The notes under the pieces were generated by a model. That model ran no database searches. It saw nothing but the letters and a program-made list of their open reading frames with translations, and had not been told where the DNA came from. A stretch of 64,000 nucleotides of DNA from Coriobacteriia bacterium (GTDB lineage Bacteria > Actinomycetota > Coriobacteriia > Anaerosomatales > PALSA-660): NCBI GenBank assembly GCA_025361885.1, contig JANYJF010000009.1, forward strand, positions 3,696 to 67,695. The letters run 5' to 3'. Of this stretch, positions 63,136 through 64,000 are shown piece by piece; positions within the stretch are counted from its first letter, which is position 1, and every line of letters starts with the position of its first letter. The position numbers and the translations under genes are program-made.

Positions 63136-63990
63136 CTACCGCGCCTCCCCTGCAGTCTCGAGTTCGTCTTGTTCTATCTTTGCACGGCGCGCGGAGATGG
63201 CGAGGAGTCCGCCGAGCACGAGCGTCGGCACCAAAGCGGCCTTCGCGAACGGGCTGGACAGAACACTCGACATCATCGGGGACAGGTGATCTTCCACGAA
63301 CGGGTCGGCTTTCGGAGCCGCGATCAGGTACTTCTGGCTACCCCAGAACACGCTGCCGTCACCTTGGTACGAGAGCCAGGTGCCGTCGTTCAGCATCGCC
63401 ATGATGCTGTCGCGCGTGTCCCAGTACATGGTCTTGGCCGGGCACGTGTACACGCAGCTGGGCTCGTGTTTCCGCTCCGCCGTTGCCGCGATCTGCTCCG
63501 CCGTGGCACGGGTCGGGAGCTTGTTGCCGTACTTGGCAGTCATCGCCGGCGTGATGTCGGCGTCAGCGCCCGCACGACCGAAGCACAGCGTGCACTTCCA
63601 CGCCTTCTGGGTCGCGAACAGATCGCTGCCCACACCCACCTTGGGATAGCCGCCGCGCTGGCAGTCGGTGACGCACTGCCGGGTACACAGTGGCGAGTCC
63701 GGGTTGCACAGCGTCGGATCGATGCTGACAGCACCGTTCAGCTCCTTCTTGAGAGCCGTGAACGGACACCGCTTCACGCAGGGCGGATCCGGGCAGTGCC
63801 AGCAGCTGTACCGCACGAAGGGGCCGGCGTCGACTCGCTTCTGGGACTTGATCATGACTCGGCTGTCAGGAGCCACCTTGATGACGCCCGGATTGAGCGC
63901 CTTCATCTGCCAAGTGCGCTTGCAGCTGACTACGCAGCCGTTGCATCGCATGCACTTGTCAACGTTCTGGAACACAGCCATTACAGACAT
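63136..63990 (-). CDS. 4x[4Fe-4S] ferredoxin-type subunit (DmsB/NrfC/FdnH-like) with C-terminal TM anchor
   Basis: MSVMAVFQNVDKCMRCNGCVVSCK..., CWHCPDPPCVKRCP, CNPDSPLCTRQCVTDC, CTLCFGR and CVYTCP cluster motifs. C-terminal helix ALVPTLVLGGLLAISA. No twin-arginine signal is visible. The start is uncertain (ATG 63990, ATG 63981 or GTG 63999) because the window ends at 64000. Confidence 0.82.
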   Translation of the reverse strand: MSVMAVFQNVDKCMRCNGCVVSCKRTWQMKALNPGVIKVAPDSRVMIKSQKRVDAGPFVRYSCWHCPDPPCVKRCPFTALKKELNGAVSIDPTLCNPDSPLCTRQCVTDCQRGGYPKVGVGSDLFATQKAWKCTLCFGRAGADADITPAMTAKYGNKLPTRATAEQIAATAERKHEPSCVYTCPAKTMYWDTRDSIMAMLNDGTWLSYQGDGSVFWGSQKYLIAAPKADPFVEDHLSPMMSSVLSSPFAKAALVPTLVLGGLLAISARRAKIEQDELETAGEAR

Positions 63991-64000
63991 GTCTGCCACC

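Overview
GC-rich bacterial chromosomal window (third codon positions almost all G/C). About 65 protein genes and 6 tRNAs, nearly all on the minus strand. No transposase, integrase, CRISPR array or rRNA was seen.

**Left third (1-24 kb): housekeeping.**
- The order tRNA-Tyr/Thr/Met, tuf, rpmG, tRNA-Trp, secE, nusG, rplK, rplA.
- A block in the same order as the Bacillus subtilis clpC...sigH region: greA, lysS, clpC, radA, disA, yacL, ispD, ispF, gltX, cysE, cysS, rlmB, yacP, sigH.
- A small cAMP-signalling insert (cNMP-binding protein, DUF3307, class III cyclase) sits between these two blocks.

**Middle (24-47 kb): mixed functions.** It holds tatA, rex, an M50 protease, mtnP, a YhaM-like nuclease, PBP1A, an EamA transporter, VanZ, a B12-radical SAM enzyme, pilT and cell-wall hydrolases. 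Two items stand out:
- A membrane-anchored cytochrome c with about 24 heme-binding motifs (30492-32507).
- A ferredoxin / thioredoxin-fold / DUF362 operon. Its middle gene has an in-frame TGA followed by a SECIS-like hairpin, so it is a candidate selenoprotein (34778-35110).

**Right third (47-64 kb).**
- A complete Bacillus-type chemotaxis operon: cheR, mcp, cheW, cheY, cheB, cheA, cheC, cheD, followed by a GAF-GGDEF cyclase.
- Immediately upstream, the most interesting locus: six tightly packed genes (55068-64000).
  - An FdnH/DmsB-like 4-cluster Fe-S protein.
  - A secreted hexaheme cytochrome. Its motif order, flanks and C-terminal heme resemble the Geobacter nanowire cytochrome OmcS.
  - A polytopic membrane protein of about 14 TM helices.
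  - A lipoprotein.
  - An NHL beta-propeller protein.
  - A 1048-aa cytochrome with 13-14 heme motifs interrupted by an FG-GAP/VCBS propeller.

I read this locus as a candidate extracellular electron-transfer / cytochrome-filament system. It may continue beyond the right edge of the window.

All homology statements come from reading the translations and from remembered family signatures. No database search was run.
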